Of a DNA stretch of 64,000 bases, positions 9,264 to 19,084 are shown one piece after another. Source of the stretch: an uncultured Actinomycetes bacterium (GTDB lineage Bacteria; Actinomycetota; Thermoleophilia; UBA2241); NCBI GenBank assembly GCA_963755025.1, contig CAVWIH010000027.1, forward strand, positions 23,068 through 87,067, read 5' to 3'. The translations under genes were made by a program, and so were the position numbers. The notes beneath the pieces were generated by a model. The model saw only the letters and a list, made by a program, of their open reading frames with translations. It did not search any database and was not told the DNA's origin. Position 1 is the first letter of the stretch. Each line of letters begins with the position of its first letter.

Positions 9264-9978
9264 GCGCGACGAGCGCCCGACCGCCGTGCCCGACGCCGGG
9301 GCCGGCGTGCCCAGCGCCGAGGCCGCCGTGCCCGTACGGGTGAACCCTTACGCCGTGATCGCCCCCGGCGAGTTCCACCGGCGGCCCGAGGCCCGCCTCG
9401 ACCTGGTCGAGCGCATCGTGAACGACCCCCGCATGCACGACCACAAAGAGGGCTTTCTCTCCTGCCTGCAGTGCGGCGTGTGCACCTCGGGCTGCCCGGC
9501 GGCGCGCTTTGCCGACTATTCGCCGCGCCAGGTGGCGCGGCGCGCCTACGAGGGCGACCCCTCGCTGCTCGAAGACGACTCGGTGTGGTTCTGCTTCTAC
9601 TGCTACACCTGCCAGAGCCGCTGTCCGCGCAAGAACAGCGTGGCGGTGATCAACCAGGTGATCCGCTCCATGCAGGTCGAGAGCGGCTACGGCATCAAGC
9701 ACGTCGAGATGTTCGCGGCCTGGGGCGAGCAGTTCTACGACAAGGGCATGGGCGGCACGCCGCACGTCTTCTTCAGCGACATCGCCGAGGCTTGGGGGCC
9801 GAAGTGGCAGGCCTTCATCGCCGGCCGCGACGCGCTGCGCGAGGAGCTCGGCGTGGGCGACATGTACCCGTCGGCGGCGACCGTGGCCGAGGTACGCGCC
9901 GTCATGAGGGCGACCGGCTTCAAGGCGCGCCTCGAGAGCCTGGGCGCCTGGGGCGGCCGGCGGCCCGACGAGGATTGA
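9256..9978 (+). CDS. hdrC: Heterodisulfide reductase subunit C
   Basis: CLQCGVCTSGCP, YSPRQV, WFCFYCYTCQSRCP; GGAGG RBS at 9246-9250. Confidence 0.9.
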   Translation: MTERDERPTAVPDAGAGVPSAEAAVPVRVNPYAVIAPGEFHRRPEARLDLVERIVNDPRMHDHKEGFLSCLQCGVCTSGCPAARFADYSPRQVARRAYEGDPSLLEDDSVWFCFYCYTCQSRCPRKNSVAVINQVIRSMQVESGYGIKHVEMFAAWGEQFYDKGMGGTPHVFFSDIAEAWGPKWQAFIAGRDALREELGVGDMYPSAATVAEVRAVMRATGFKARLESLGAWGGRRPDED

Positions 9979-10260
9979 CCCCACCGTCGGTTGCGTGCCG
10001 CGGATGGCCGTGTGGAGCGCATGACCTTTCCTGAAGAGGCCTCACGTCGCACGCTTTGGCCTTTTCCAAGTGGCTGACTCACCCCGAGACGCTCGGATGC
10101 CAATCCACGCCACAGGGCGATCCTTGGGGGTAAGGCGATGCGCAGCCTGTTCCACGTCGTCGGCACGAGTGCGATGCTCCGCCTGTCGTTCGGTGTCGTG
10201 ATGGGGTGTGGTCGGTACCCAGCCGCCCGCGACCAGTCGGCCGCGCCATAGGCGCGCGCC

Positions 10261-10269
10261 TGCTAGAAT
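10261..10269 (+). promoter_or_regulatory. Extended -10 element upstream of nadA
   Basis: TGcTAGAAT about 65 nt before the nadA ATG. Confidence 0.5.
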
Positions 10270-10335
10270 CTGTACAGCCCTGCCGGTGCGGTGGCGCCGG
10301 CGCCTGTCTCGCCGACGCTCAAGGACGGCTGCCCG

Positions 10336-11247
10336 ATGACCGACTTCTCCGACTCCCAGCAGGAGCTTCGCGACCTGGCCGCCGCGCGCGACGCCATCAT
10401 CCTGGCGCACAACTACCAGCGCCCCGAAGTGCAGGACGCGGCCGACCTGGTGGGCGACTCGCTGGAGCTCGCCCGCAAGGCGGCGGCCACCGACGCCGCG
10501 GTGATCCTCTTCTGCGGCGTGCACTTCATGGCTGAGACGGCCAAGATCCTCTCGCCCGCCAAGACCGTGCTCATGCCCGATCCCCACGCCGGCTGCCCGA
10601 TGGCCGACATGGTGACGGTCGAAGGCCTGCGCGCCTTGAAGGCGCAGCACCCCGACGCCGCCGTGGTCGCCTACGTCAACACGAGCGCCGAGATCAAGGC
10701 CGAGGTCGACGTCTGCTGCACCAGCGCCAACGCCCCCGAGATCGTGGCCCGCATCCCCGCCGAGCAGCCCATCATCTTCGTGCCCGACCGCAACCTGGGC
10801 GACTGGGTCGCCGGACGCACCGGGCGCACGAACATGATCATGTGGCAAGGCTACTGCCCCGTGCACGAGCAGATGACCGCCGACGAGGTGAGCGCCGCCC
10901 TCGCCGCACACCCAGGGGCCGAGCTCATGGCGCACCCCGAGTGCGGTCGCGAGGTGCGCGCCCTGGCCACGGTGATCACGAGCACCTCGGGCATGCTGCG
11001 CTACCCGGCCACGAGCGCCGCCCGCGTGTTCGTGGTGGCCACCGAGACGGGCCTGCTGCACCGCCTGCGCGGACTCTACCCCGACCGTGAGTTCCTGCCG
11101 GCCGCGCGCGGCGCGATCTGCCCCAACATGAAGCGCACCACCCTCGACAAGGCGATCGCCGCCTTGGACGAGGGCCTGAACGAGATCGTGGTGCCGCCGC
11201 GCATCGCCGAACGCGCCCTCGCGTCGGTCGAGCGCATGATGGCCTGA
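10336..11247 (+). CDS. nadA: Quinolinate synthase A
   Basis: LAHNYQRPEVQ, GDSLEL, FCGVHFMAETAKIL, AGCPMADM, YVNTSA, CPVH, AHPEC, CPNMK. Confidence 0.95.
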   Translation: MTDFSDSQQELRDLAAARDAIILAHNYQRPEVQDAADLVGDSLELARKAAATDAAVILFCGVHFMAETAKILSPAKTVLMPDPHAGCPMADMVTVEGLRALKAQHPDAAVVAYVNTSAEIKAEVDVCCTSANAPEIVARIPAEQPIIFVPDRNLGDWVAGRTGRTNMIMWQGYCPVHEQMTADEVSAALAAHPGAELMAHPECGREVRALATVITSTSGMLRYPATSAARVFVVATETGLLHRLRGLYPDREFLPAARGAICPNMKRTTLDKAIAALDEGLNEIVVPPRIAERALASVERMMA

Positions 11248-11319
11248 GCGCCCGTCCGGGCGCGTGAGTTCCCCGGTCTAGCAGCGCCGCGCGCCGGGAA
11301 AGCCTACCGGCAGAGCATC

Positions 11320-11778
11320 ATGCCACCTGGCAAGCACAACTCCAGCGACAAGCCCGACCGCGGCAACAGCAGCGACCGCGCGCGCGACTCCGCCCGAGAC
11401 CCCACGCGCGACTCCGCCCGAGACCCCGGCCGCGAACGCCCGCACGATCCCGCCCGCGAACGCCCGCACGATCCCGCCCGCGACCCGGACGCCGGCGAGC
11501 ACTACGAAGTCGTGACGGTCGAGCACCTGCTGGCGCCGGGCGCCCCCAGCCTCCCCACGCCGCCTGCCGGCCACGCCCGGTACGCCTACGTGCTGGAGGG
11601 TCAGGTGACCGCGCGGATCGGCGCCGAGACGCTGATCGCCGGACCCGGCAGCATCGTCTCGCTGCCCGCGAGCTTCCGTCACTCGCTCGCCTGCGCCGGC
11701 GACACGACGGCCCGCGTGCTCGTCGTGCACGTGCGCGAGACGGAGCGGGAAGATCCGGCGGAGCGCCGCGCCGCGTAG
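11320..11778 (+). CDS. Cupin-domain protein with repetitive charged N-terminus
   Basis: YVLEGQV...AGPGSIVSLPASFRHS cupin pattern; 24-bp periodic repeats at about 11377-11490. Confidence 0.65.
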   Translation: MPPGKHNSSDKPDRGNSSDRARDSARDPTRDSARDPGRERPHDPARERPHDPARDPDAGEHYEVVTVEHLLAPGAPSLPTPPAGHARYAYVLEGQVTARIGAETLIAGPGSIVSLPASFRHSLACAGDTTARVLVVHVRETEREDPAERRAA

Positions 11779-11867
11779 CGCACGCGGCGTCGCGCGGTGC
11801 GATGGGCGAACCGCGCCCCCGACCGCGCCGCCCCACCGTCGCGCCGCGTAGCGCACGCGGCTGACGC

Positions 11868-12974
11868 CTACGTCGCGTCGTCGGCCACCTGCAGCACCGC
11901 CGCGCCGCGGATGCCGTCGTGCTTGAGAGCGATCAACGCCTCGTTGGCCTGGTCGAGCGGGAACACCTGGATCTCGGTGACGATGGGGATGGCCGCCGCC
12001 AGGCGCAGCAACTCGGCGGCGTCGCGCCGCGTCGAGTTGGTCACGCTGCGAATGACGCGCTCCCCATAGAGCAATGGGTATTCGAACGCCGGCACCGGCG
12101 ACGAGTAGATGCCGCCCATGGCGACCGTGCCGCCCTTGTCGAGCACCTTGAGGGCCTCGATGGCGAGCTCGCCGACCGGCGCGAAGACGATGGCCGCATC
12201 GAGCTTGACGGCGGCGTCGCCGCCGGGCTGCTCGTCGGCCGCGCCCGCCCACACGGCGCCGAGCTCGAGGGCCAGGCGCCGGTGCTTCTCGTCGCGGGTG
12301 AAAGCGTAGACCTCGGCGCCCCAGTAGCGCGCGATCTGCAGACAGATGTGGGCGGCGGCCCCGAAGCCGTACAGCCCCAGGCGCCGGCCGGCGGCCGCTC
12401 CTGGGCCGGCCGGGGTCGCGACGCCCGCGCCCGAGCCGGCGGCACCCGCCGTCGCGCCGGCGCCGGCTCCCGCCGGCACGAGGCCCGACAGGTGCAGCGA
12501 GCGATAGCCGATGATGCCGGCGCACAGCAGCGGCGCCGCCGCCAGATCGCTCAGCCTCTCGTGCAGCGGGTAGCTGAAGGCAGCCGGCGCCACGGTGAGC
12601 TCGGCGAAGCCGCCGTCGACGTCCCAGCCCGTGAACTGGGCGGCGTCGCACAGGTTCTCGTCGCCGCGCCGGCAGTAGCGGCAAGTGCCGTCGGTGGAGT
12701 GCAGCCAGGGCACGCCGACGCGGTCGCCGACGCGGTGCTCGGTCACACCCTCGCCGAGCTCGACGACGCGGCCCACGATCTGGTGACCGGGCACGACCGG
12801 AGACTTGTGCGGCGGCAGCTCGCCCTCGGCGACGTGCAGGTCGGTGTGACAGACGCCGCAGGCGCTCACAGCGATCAGGATCTCGCCGGCGCCGGGGTGC
12901 GGCCGGGGGAGCTCGACGAGCTCCAGGGGCCGCTCGTCGATCGGCTTGGGCTGACGCAGCAGCATGGCTCTCAT
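11868..12974 (-). CDS. Zinc-dependent alcohol dehydrogenase
   Basis: CGVCHTDLH, PGHQIVG, CRYCRRGDENLC, APLLCAGIIGY, GLYGFGAAA. Confidence 0.92.
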   Translation of the reverse strand: MRAMLLRQPKPIDERPLELVELPRPHPGAGEILIAVSACGVCHTDLHVAEGELPPHKSPVVPGHQIVGRVVELGEGVTEHRVGDRVGVPWLHSTDGTCRYCRRGDENLCDAAQFTGWDVDGGFAELTVAPAAFSYPLHERLSDLAAAPLLCAGIIGYRSLHLSGLVPAGAGAGATAGAAGSGAGVATPAGPGAAAGRRLGLYGFGAAAHICLQIARYWGAEVYAFTRDEKHRRLALELGAVWAGAADEQPGGDAAVKLDAAIVFAPVGELAIEALKVLDKGGTVAMGGIYSSPVPAFEYPLLYGERVIRSVTNSTRRDAAELLRLAAAIPIVTEIQVFPLDQANEALIALKHDGIRGAAVLQVADDAT

Positions 12975-13018
12975 GGCGGCCTCCGCGAGTGGTTGCCCGA
13001 AATCATACCCGCGCGGCG

Positions 13019-13456
13019 CTAGGTCACCGTGCGTGAGCCGGGCTCAGGCACGACCGCGACGCAACTGATCTCGACCAGCGCCTCGGGCACGATGAGCTCG
13101 GTCACCCCGACGGCCGTCCAGGCCGGCAGCGGCTCGTCGAAGATCTCCGCGGCGACCTGCAGGAGCGCGGCAAGCTGGCGCTGCAGCCCCACGTGATACG
13201 AGGTCAGGCTGACCACGTGCGGCCAACCGACCCCAGCCGCGGCCAGGGTCTCGCCGAGGTTGGCGAAGGTGCCGCGGATCTGCTCCTCGACGCCCGCCGG
13301 AAAGACGCCGTCCGCCCCTTCCCCGGTGTGGCCCGTGACCTGCACCGTGTCGCCGGCCCGGATCGCCGCCGGCACGCGCGTCTCTTCGTAGAAGTCAGAC
13401 CAATGCGAGGGCACCACGGCGACGCGACCGGCCGGCGTGTTCCTGCCTTCTGCCAT
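13019..13456 (-). CDS. RidA/YjgF family protein, non-Arg subfamily
   Basis: TGHTG, EQIRGTFANLGETLAAAG, PAWTAVGVTEL, VEI; Trp at the position of the catalytic Arg. Confidence 0.85.
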   Translation of the reverse strand: MAEGRNTPAGRVAVVPSHWSDFYEETRVPAAIRAGDTVQVTGHTGEGADGVFPAGVEEQIRGTFANLGETLAAAGVGWPHVVSLTSYHVGLQRQLAALLQVAAEIFDEPLPAWTAVGVTELIVPEALVEISCVAVVPEPGSRTVT

Positions 13457-13480
13457 GTGCGCTCCTTTCCTAGGGTTCGC

Positions 13481-14291
13481 CTAGCTCAGCACGTCCTTGC
13501 GCCCGAACACGGCGACCGCGGCGAGCAGCGCCACGCCTACCGTCGCCCCGTAGCTCTCGAGCGCCTGCCTGACAGGTTGCCAGTAGATCGGATAACGGAA
13601 CAGGTTGACGAAGGCGAGGCGGTAGCTCGAATACGTGTAAGGCTTCAGGAAGTCGAACACGCTGAAGGCGTTCAGGATGGTCAGCACGGTGAAGACGGCG
13701 ATGGCGATGATCGCCGCCGTGAGGCTCGAGTCGGTGAGCGTCGAGATGAACAGGGCGATGGTCAGCGAGCAGACCGCGCCCGCGACCACCAGCAGGTAGG
13801 CCACGCCGATCAAGGCCGAGCGCGTGCGATGTGCCGATCGTCGTGCCCGACAGGGTGACCAGCGGGCGCAGGCCGAAGGCCGCGGCGCCCGCCGCCAGCG
13901 CCACCACGGCCACCAGGGCGGCCCCGGCCAGCGCGTAGAGCACGGCCACGGCCCACTTGGTGAGGAGCACGCCCGTGCGGCTCACTGGACGCGACAGCCA
14001 GGTCTTGAGCGTGCCCGTCTCGGCCTCGCTGGCCACCGACGAGGCGCCGCCCATAGCGGCGACGATGGGCAGCAGGAACGAAGCCAGCGCGATCAGCGCC
14101 GAGAGCATCACGAGCAAGCCGTTCTGGGCGACGTGCGCCACGAACGGCGGCTCGCCGGGGTCCTGCGGGCGCGGCGTCTGCAGCGCCCCCGCGGCGACCA
14201 CGATGAGCGGCACGGCCACGAGCCCCGTCCAGCCCAGGTAGGTGCGCTTCTGGTGGGCGACCTTGATGGCCTCGAGGCGAAGCGATGTCAT
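13481..14291 (-). CDS. ABC transporter permease (paralog 2), frameshifted near 13814
   Basis: EAETGTLKTWLSRPVSRT motif; joining ORFs 14291-13815 and 13813-13481 gives a full-length paralog of the upstream permease. Confidence 0.8.
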
Positions 14292-14334
14292 CGGCTCTCC
14301 TGCACCACGTTCGGCCCGCCGCTGCCCGCCTGCC

Positions 14335-15144
14335 CTACGTGAGGATGTCCTTGCGCCGAAAGATGAGCCACGAGACCAGCAGCAGCCCGGCTACGGTGGC
14401 CCCGTAGGCGAGCAGGGCGTGGCGGATGGGCTGCCAGTAGATCGGGTCGCGAAACAGGTTGATGAAGGCCATGTCGTAGCTCGTGAACGTGTAGGGCTTC
14501 ATGAAGTCGAAGTAGCTGAAGCTGTTCAGGATGGTCAGCACGACGAACACCACCATGGCACTGATGGCCGCGGTCAGGCTCGAGTTGCTGAGCGTCGAGA
14601 AGAACAGCGCCAGCGAGACCATGCAGAGCAGCGCGGCCAGGATGAGCAGGTTGGCGAGCACGATGCGGCCGAGTCCGGCCGAGATGCTGATCGTCGTGCC
14701 CGACAGCGTGGTGAGCGGGTGGGCGCCGAACACGAGCCAGCCCGCGACGAGACCGCCGACGCCCACGAGCAGCATGCCGACCACGATGTAGAGGATGGCG
14801 ACGCCCCATTTTGAGAAGAGGATCGCGGTGCGGCTCACCGGGCGGCTCATCCAGGTCTTCATGGTGCCCTGCTCGGCCTCGCCGGCCAGGGGGAAGGCGC
14901 CGGCCATGGCGGCGATCAGCGGAAAGAGAAAGAACGAGAGCACGCCGATCGCCGCCAGCGGGGTGAAGATGCCGTTGTTGGTGATCTGCGCGAAGAACGG
15001 CGGCCCCTGGCCGGGGGCGGGCTTCGAGTTCGACAGGTCGAGCGCCACCACGATGAGCACGGGTACCGCCAGCAGGCCGGCCCAGCCCAGGTAGGTGCGC
15101 CGCTGAAAGAGGATCTTGGTGAACTCGCGGCCCAGGCTGCCCAC
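14335..15144 (-). CDS. ABC transporter permease (paralog 1)
   Basis: GEAEQGTMKTWMSRPVSRT, about six TM segments. Confidence 0.88.
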   Translation of the reverse strand: MGSLGREFTKILFQRRTYLGWAGLLAVPVLIVVALDLSNSKPAPGQGPPFFAQITNNGIFTPLAAIGVLSFFLFPLIAAMAGAFPLAGEAEQGTMKTWMSRPVSRTAILFSKWGVAILYIVVGMLLVGVGGLVAGWLVFGAHPLTTLSGTTISISAGLGRIVLANLLILAALLCMVSLALFFSTLSNSSLTAAISAMVVFVVLTILNSFSYFDFMKPYTFTSYDMAFINLFRDPIYWQPIRHALLAYGATVAGLLLVSWLIFRRKDILT

Positions 15145-15150
15145 GCCGGC

Positions 15151-16233
15151 CTACCCCTGGTCCCCGCCGGCCGGCGAGCGGGCGGCCTCGGCCGCCCGCT
15201 CGCCGCGCCCGGCGTCGACGTCGGAGCTCTGCGTGAGCTCCAGAAAGAAGTCTTCGAGGCCCTGCTCGACGGCGGGCACCACGGCGCGCACGGCGATGCC
15301 GTCCGCCACGAGGCGCCGCACGAGCTCGGGTACGCCCTCGTCGCCGGCGCGCACGATCAGGTTGCCCTCGTCCCAGCTCACGCCCTGCGCGCCGAACAGG
15401 GCGCGCGCCGTCTCGAAGGCCTTCTGCTGGTCGCCGGTCACCACCTTGACCGCCTCGTCGTGCGGGCGCAGCGCGCTGACCGGACCCTCGATGACGGTGC
15501 GGCCGCGGTTGATGATGACGGCCCGATTGCAGACCTGCTCGACCTCGTGCAGCAGGTGCGAGCTCAAAAAGACGGTGGTGCCGGCCGCGCCCAGCTCGCG
15601 CACGAGCTCGCGCACGTCTTTCATGCCCTGCGGGTCGAGGCCGCTCGTGGGCTCGTCCAGGATGATGACCTCGGGCCGGGCGAGCAGCGCGTTGGCGATG
15701 CCCAGGCGCTGCTTCATGCCGTGCGAGTAGCCGCCCACCTTGCTGTCGCCGCGCGCCAGCAGGCCGACCGTGTCGAGCACCTCGCTGATGCGCTCCTCGG
15801 TCGCGCGGCCGCCGGCCGCGCCGATCAGCCGCAGGTTGCGGCGCGCGCTCATGTTGGGGTAGAAGGCCGGCACCTCGACGAAGCCGCCCAGGTGACGCAG
15901 CGCGGCCACGCGGTCGCCGGGCACGCGGTGGTCGAGCACGTCGACGTGGCCGCTGGTCGGGAAGATGAGGCCGAAGATCATGCGGATGGTCGTCGTCTTG
16001 CCGGCCCCGTTGGGCCCGAGAAAGCCGAAGACGTCGCCGCGGCAGACGGCGAGGTCGAGATGGTCGACGGCCAGCAGCTTGCCGAAGCGCTTGGTGAGGC
16101 CGTGGGTGGCGAGCACCACGGGGCGGCCGGCGCAGACCGGGGCGGGCGGCCCCGCGTCGCCGCTCGTGGTGCCGCCCGCCGGCGCCCCCGCGGGCGCCTG
16201 GTCTGTGCCGGTCATCTGGCTAGTGCCGTCCAT
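15151..16233 (-). CDS. ABC transporter ATP-binding protein
   Basis: GPNGAGKTT, YSHGMKQRL, DEPTSGLD, SSHLL. Confidence 0.93.
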   Translation of the reverse strand: MDGTSQMTGTDQAPAGAPAGGTTSGDAGPPAPVCAGRPVVLATHGLTKRFGKLLAVDHLDLAVCRGDVFGFLGPNGAGKTTTIRMIFGLIFPTSGHVDVLDHRVPGDRVAALRHLGGFVEVPAFYPNMSARRNLRLIGAAGGRATEERISEVLDTVGLLARGDSKVGGYSHGMKQRLGIANALLARPEVIILDEPTSGLDPQGMKDVRELVRELGAAGTTVFLSSHLLHEVEQVCNRAVIINRGRTVIEGPVSALRPHDEAVKVVTGDQQKAFETARALFGAQGVSWDEGNLIVRAGDEGVPELVRRLVADGIAVRAVVPAVEQGLEDFFLELTQSSDVDAGRGERAAEAARSPAGGDQG

Positions 16234-16278
16234 TGACTTCGTCGCCGCCGCTCAAGCAGGCGTGACTTCGTCGCGCGC

Positions 16279-17571
16279 TTAGTGCAGGCTGCCGGCGACC
16301 TGGTCGACGACGCTCCAGGGCACCAGGCCGGCGACCACGACCCGCACGTCGCCCTGGCGGAACGTCACGACCGAGCCGAGGGACGTCTGCAGCCTGACTG
16401 CGGGCGCCCCGTTGACGGTGGCCTTGCCGATCATCGAGACCTGGCCGAGGCCCTGGGCGATCTGCGCGTCCTGGGCGGCCGTGGTGCGCGACTCGACGAC
16501 CACGACCGTACCGAAGCCGGTGCCGTAGGCGAGCACCGCCGTTGGGTGCCCGGCGAAGCCGGCCACCGCGTTGCGCTGCGCCGGCGTCAGCCCGGTCGCG
16601 GGGCTCGCGGTGCTCGTGCCTTTGGTCGGCGTGACGAACGCGCCGCGGAACTCGACGCCCGCCGGAGTCGAGGACGGCGTGAGCAGGAACGGGGCCTGCG
16701 CCTTGGCTTGCGCCAGCGTCAGCGGCCTGTGCTGCGCGGTCTTACCGGCCGTGTCGTTGCCGGTCATGCCTTTGAGAGCCGCGGGCGCCTTCACGGTCTT
16801 GTGGACGATGGTGGCGCCGCTCGGCGGCGTGAAGGTGAACAGGCTGTCGGCACTGGGTGAGAACGAGACCGTCTTGAAGCCCGCCGAGAGCACCGCCGTG
16901 GTGTCGCCCTTGGCGAAGACCTGCACCTGCAGGGGCACCCAGCGCTGCCCGTCGATGGCCACCGTCACCGAACCGACGCTGGTGAGCGACGAGGTGGGCG
17001 TGAGGGTCAGCGTGTAGGTCTGGCGACCGGCGACGGTCGCCTGCCCGTCGACGCTCAGGGTCGCGGTGGGCGCGAGCCTGGCGATGAGCCGGGAGATGGC
17101 GGTCGCAGGGTCGAGGCTCGAGGCCGGCGACGGCGTAGGCGTCGACGAGCCGGCGTGTGCGGGCAGCGTGTACTGCGTGGCCGTCGTGGTCATCGAGTCC
17201 CAGGTCCACACGGTGGCGCCGTTGCCGACCACCACGAAGTCGCCGTTCTGTCCCTGCGATTCGAGGCGCACTTTGCCGTCTTGCGCCCATACGCGGCCCG
17301 AGCCGCCGGTGAGCAGGCTCGACAGGCCGCCCGGGGTCTGCGTGCCGCCGAGCGACAGCAGCGACGAGCCGCCGAGCAGGCCGTTGCTCCAGGCCACGTC
17401 GCCGCTCACCGCGGTCGTGCCCTGCGCCTTGGTGGCGACGTTGTTCAGGAGGTCGGAGACGGTGATCGGCGGCAGGGTCGAGGGACTCTGGGCGGCGGCG
17501 GTGACGACGACGACCAGCGCGACGACTACGGCTGCCGCCGCGGCAAGAAGGGCGATGGTTCTGCGGCGCAT
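16279..17571 (-). CDS. Secreted LolA/RseB-like (DUF2092-type) protein
   Basis: Signal peptide, then RVWAQDGKVRLE, VWTWDS, VAGRQTYTLTLTP, AIDGQRWVPLQVQV, FTFTPPSGATI. Confidence 0.7.
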   Translation of the reverse strand: MRRRTIALLAAAAAVVVALVVVVTAAAQSPSTLPPITVSDLLNNVATKAQGTTAVSGDVAWSNGLLGGSSLLSLGGTQTPGGLSSLLTGGSGRVWAQDGKVRLESQGQNGDFVVVGNGATVWTWDSMTTTATQYTLPAHAGSSTPTPSPASSLDPATAISRLIARLAPTATLSVDGQATVAGRQTYTLTLTPTSSLTSVGSVTVAIDGQRWVPLQVQVFAKGDTTAVLSAGFKTVSFSPSADSLFTFTPPSGATIVHKTVKAPAALKGMTGNDTAGKTAQHRPLTLAQAKAQAPFLLTPSSTPAGVEFRGAFVTPTKGTSTASPATGLTPAQRNAVAGFAGHPTAVLAYGTGFGTVVVVESRTTAAQDAQIAQGLGQVSMIGKATVNGAPAVRLQTSLGSVVTFRQGDVRVVVAGLVPWSVVDQVAGSLH

Positions 17572-17672
17572 AGTGACTCCTTTGGCTCCTTGCGGTCCTC
17601 TCGGCGGCCGCGGCTCTCTCTCGGCTGCTCCCTCTTTGTTCCATCATGACGCCCCATTGGAACTTCGGCCCC

Positions 17673-18947
17673 TCAGGGCAGCGTCATCACGTACGCCTTC
17701 CAGCCCGTGTAGAAGCGGCCCCACGACTCGTGCAGGTCGCGGCGCACGACCTGTTTGACCGCCGGTCCGGTGAGCGAGCTCTGGGCGACGTCCACGCTGA
17801 AACGCCGCAGTGCGGCCTGGCCCCAGCCGGCCAGCACGTACTTCACGAGCGCGCCGCCCTCGAGGTAGGCGAGGGTCACGCGAGACATGCTGCCGCCGGC
17901 CCACAGGTCGCTCCTCGCGAAGGTGGCGAGCAGCGGCATGCTGCGATTACCGGCGGCCAGCTCGGCCCGCAGCGGCGCGTAGCTGCGGTCGCCCTCGACC
18001 GCGGTGGCCATGCCCTCGAGCAGCAGCGGCGGCGCGTGCGCGGTGTGGTAGAACCAGCGCCAGGTGAGCGTGTGGGTCACCTCGTGGGCCAGCATGTGGA
18101 CGGTCCAGGGGTCGGCCGGCGGCAGGGCCGACGCCAGCACGCCGATGTCGGTGGGCGACCACAGGGTCGCCCGTGTCGTGGTGGGCAGCCGGGCGAAGAA
18201 ACGCTCGCGTTCCAGGATGTGGGTCTGCCCCAGATAGCCCGTGACCTCGGCCGCCGTCGCGTAGACAAAGACGACGATCGGACGGTCGCCGCTCACCCCC
18301 AGCAGGGCGGCGACGTCGGCCCGGGCCTGCGGCATGTCGCCGGCAAGCTCGAGGGCGAGCGGCCGCCAGGTCGCGTCGGATACCACGACCGCACCGTCGC
18401 GCACCACGGCGCGCGGCGTGCGGAACGCCATGAAGTACTCGCTGCGCATGGCGGCCGGCGATCTGTCGCCGGCGACCCGCAGGCGGGTGCCGCTCCCGGT
18501 CACGACCAGCAGCCGTTCGGCGACGACGCGGTCGGACGGCCCGGCGCCGCCGGGACGCCCGGCGAACTTCACGTCGAAGACGCCGGCCTGCTCGTCGACT
18601 GTGCTCACCACCACATGGAGCCCGCGCCAGGGGATCGGCGCCAGGTGGAGGTAGAGGGCGTCGAGGGCGCGTCGCGCGGCCGCGCCGTCGGCCGGCAGGG
18701 CGCGGTCCCAGGCGTGCCTGCGCCGCGCCGTGAGGGCCGGCAGGCTCGCGTCGATCCAGCGTTCCACGGCCGCCGCGCGCACCGTCGCAAGCGACGCCGC
18801 AGGCGGCGGCACGACGACGGCGTGGCGCGCGACCGGGGCGCGGAACGCCTCGACGAAGCCGCCCACCGCGAGGGCCACAGCGACGACGACGGCCACCATC
18901 AGGAGCGGCACGCCGACGGCACGACCAGACTCCCGACGGACATCCAT
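17673..18947 (-). CDS. Membrane-anchored gluzincin (peptidase MA-like) protein
   Basis: N-terminal TM; HEVTH followed by LLEGMA; probable leaderless start (TACGCT 7 nt before ATG). Confidence 0.7.
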   Translation of the reverse strand: MDVRRESGRAVGVPLLMVAVVVAVALAVGGFVEAFRAPVARHAVVVPPPAASLATVRAAAVERWIDASLPALTARRRHAWDRALPADGAAARRALDALYLHLAPIPWRGLHVVVSTVDEQAGVFDVKFAGRPGGAGPSDRVVAERLLVVTGSGTRLRVAGDRSPAAMRSEYFMAFRTPRAVVRDGAVVVSDATWRPLALELAGDMPQARADVAALLGVSGDRPIVVFVYATAAEVTGYLGQTHILERERFFARLPTTTRATLWSPTDIGVLASALPPADPWTVHMLAHEVTHTLTWRWFYHTAHAPPLLLEGMATAVEGDRSYAPLRAELAAGNRSMPLLATFARSDLWAGGSMSRVTLAYLEGGALVKYVLAGWGQAALRRFSVDVAQSSLTGPAVKQVVRRDLHESWGRFYTGWKAYVMTLP

Positions 18948-19084
18948 ACGCTGCAGCGTAGCACCCCGGCGGCGGCGCGGCACCGCCCCGGCCATGCCCG
19001 GCCCGGCCCGCCGGCGAACCTGACGACAAGGTGAGCGCGCCGCACTGCAGAACAGAAGAGACAGGCCAGACGAAAGTTGGACCC

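Noticed and set aside
10021-10335. NAD riboswitch (nadA motif) upstream of nadA
   Set aside because: No recognisable aptamer sequence, and the likely promoter at 10261 leaves only a short leader.
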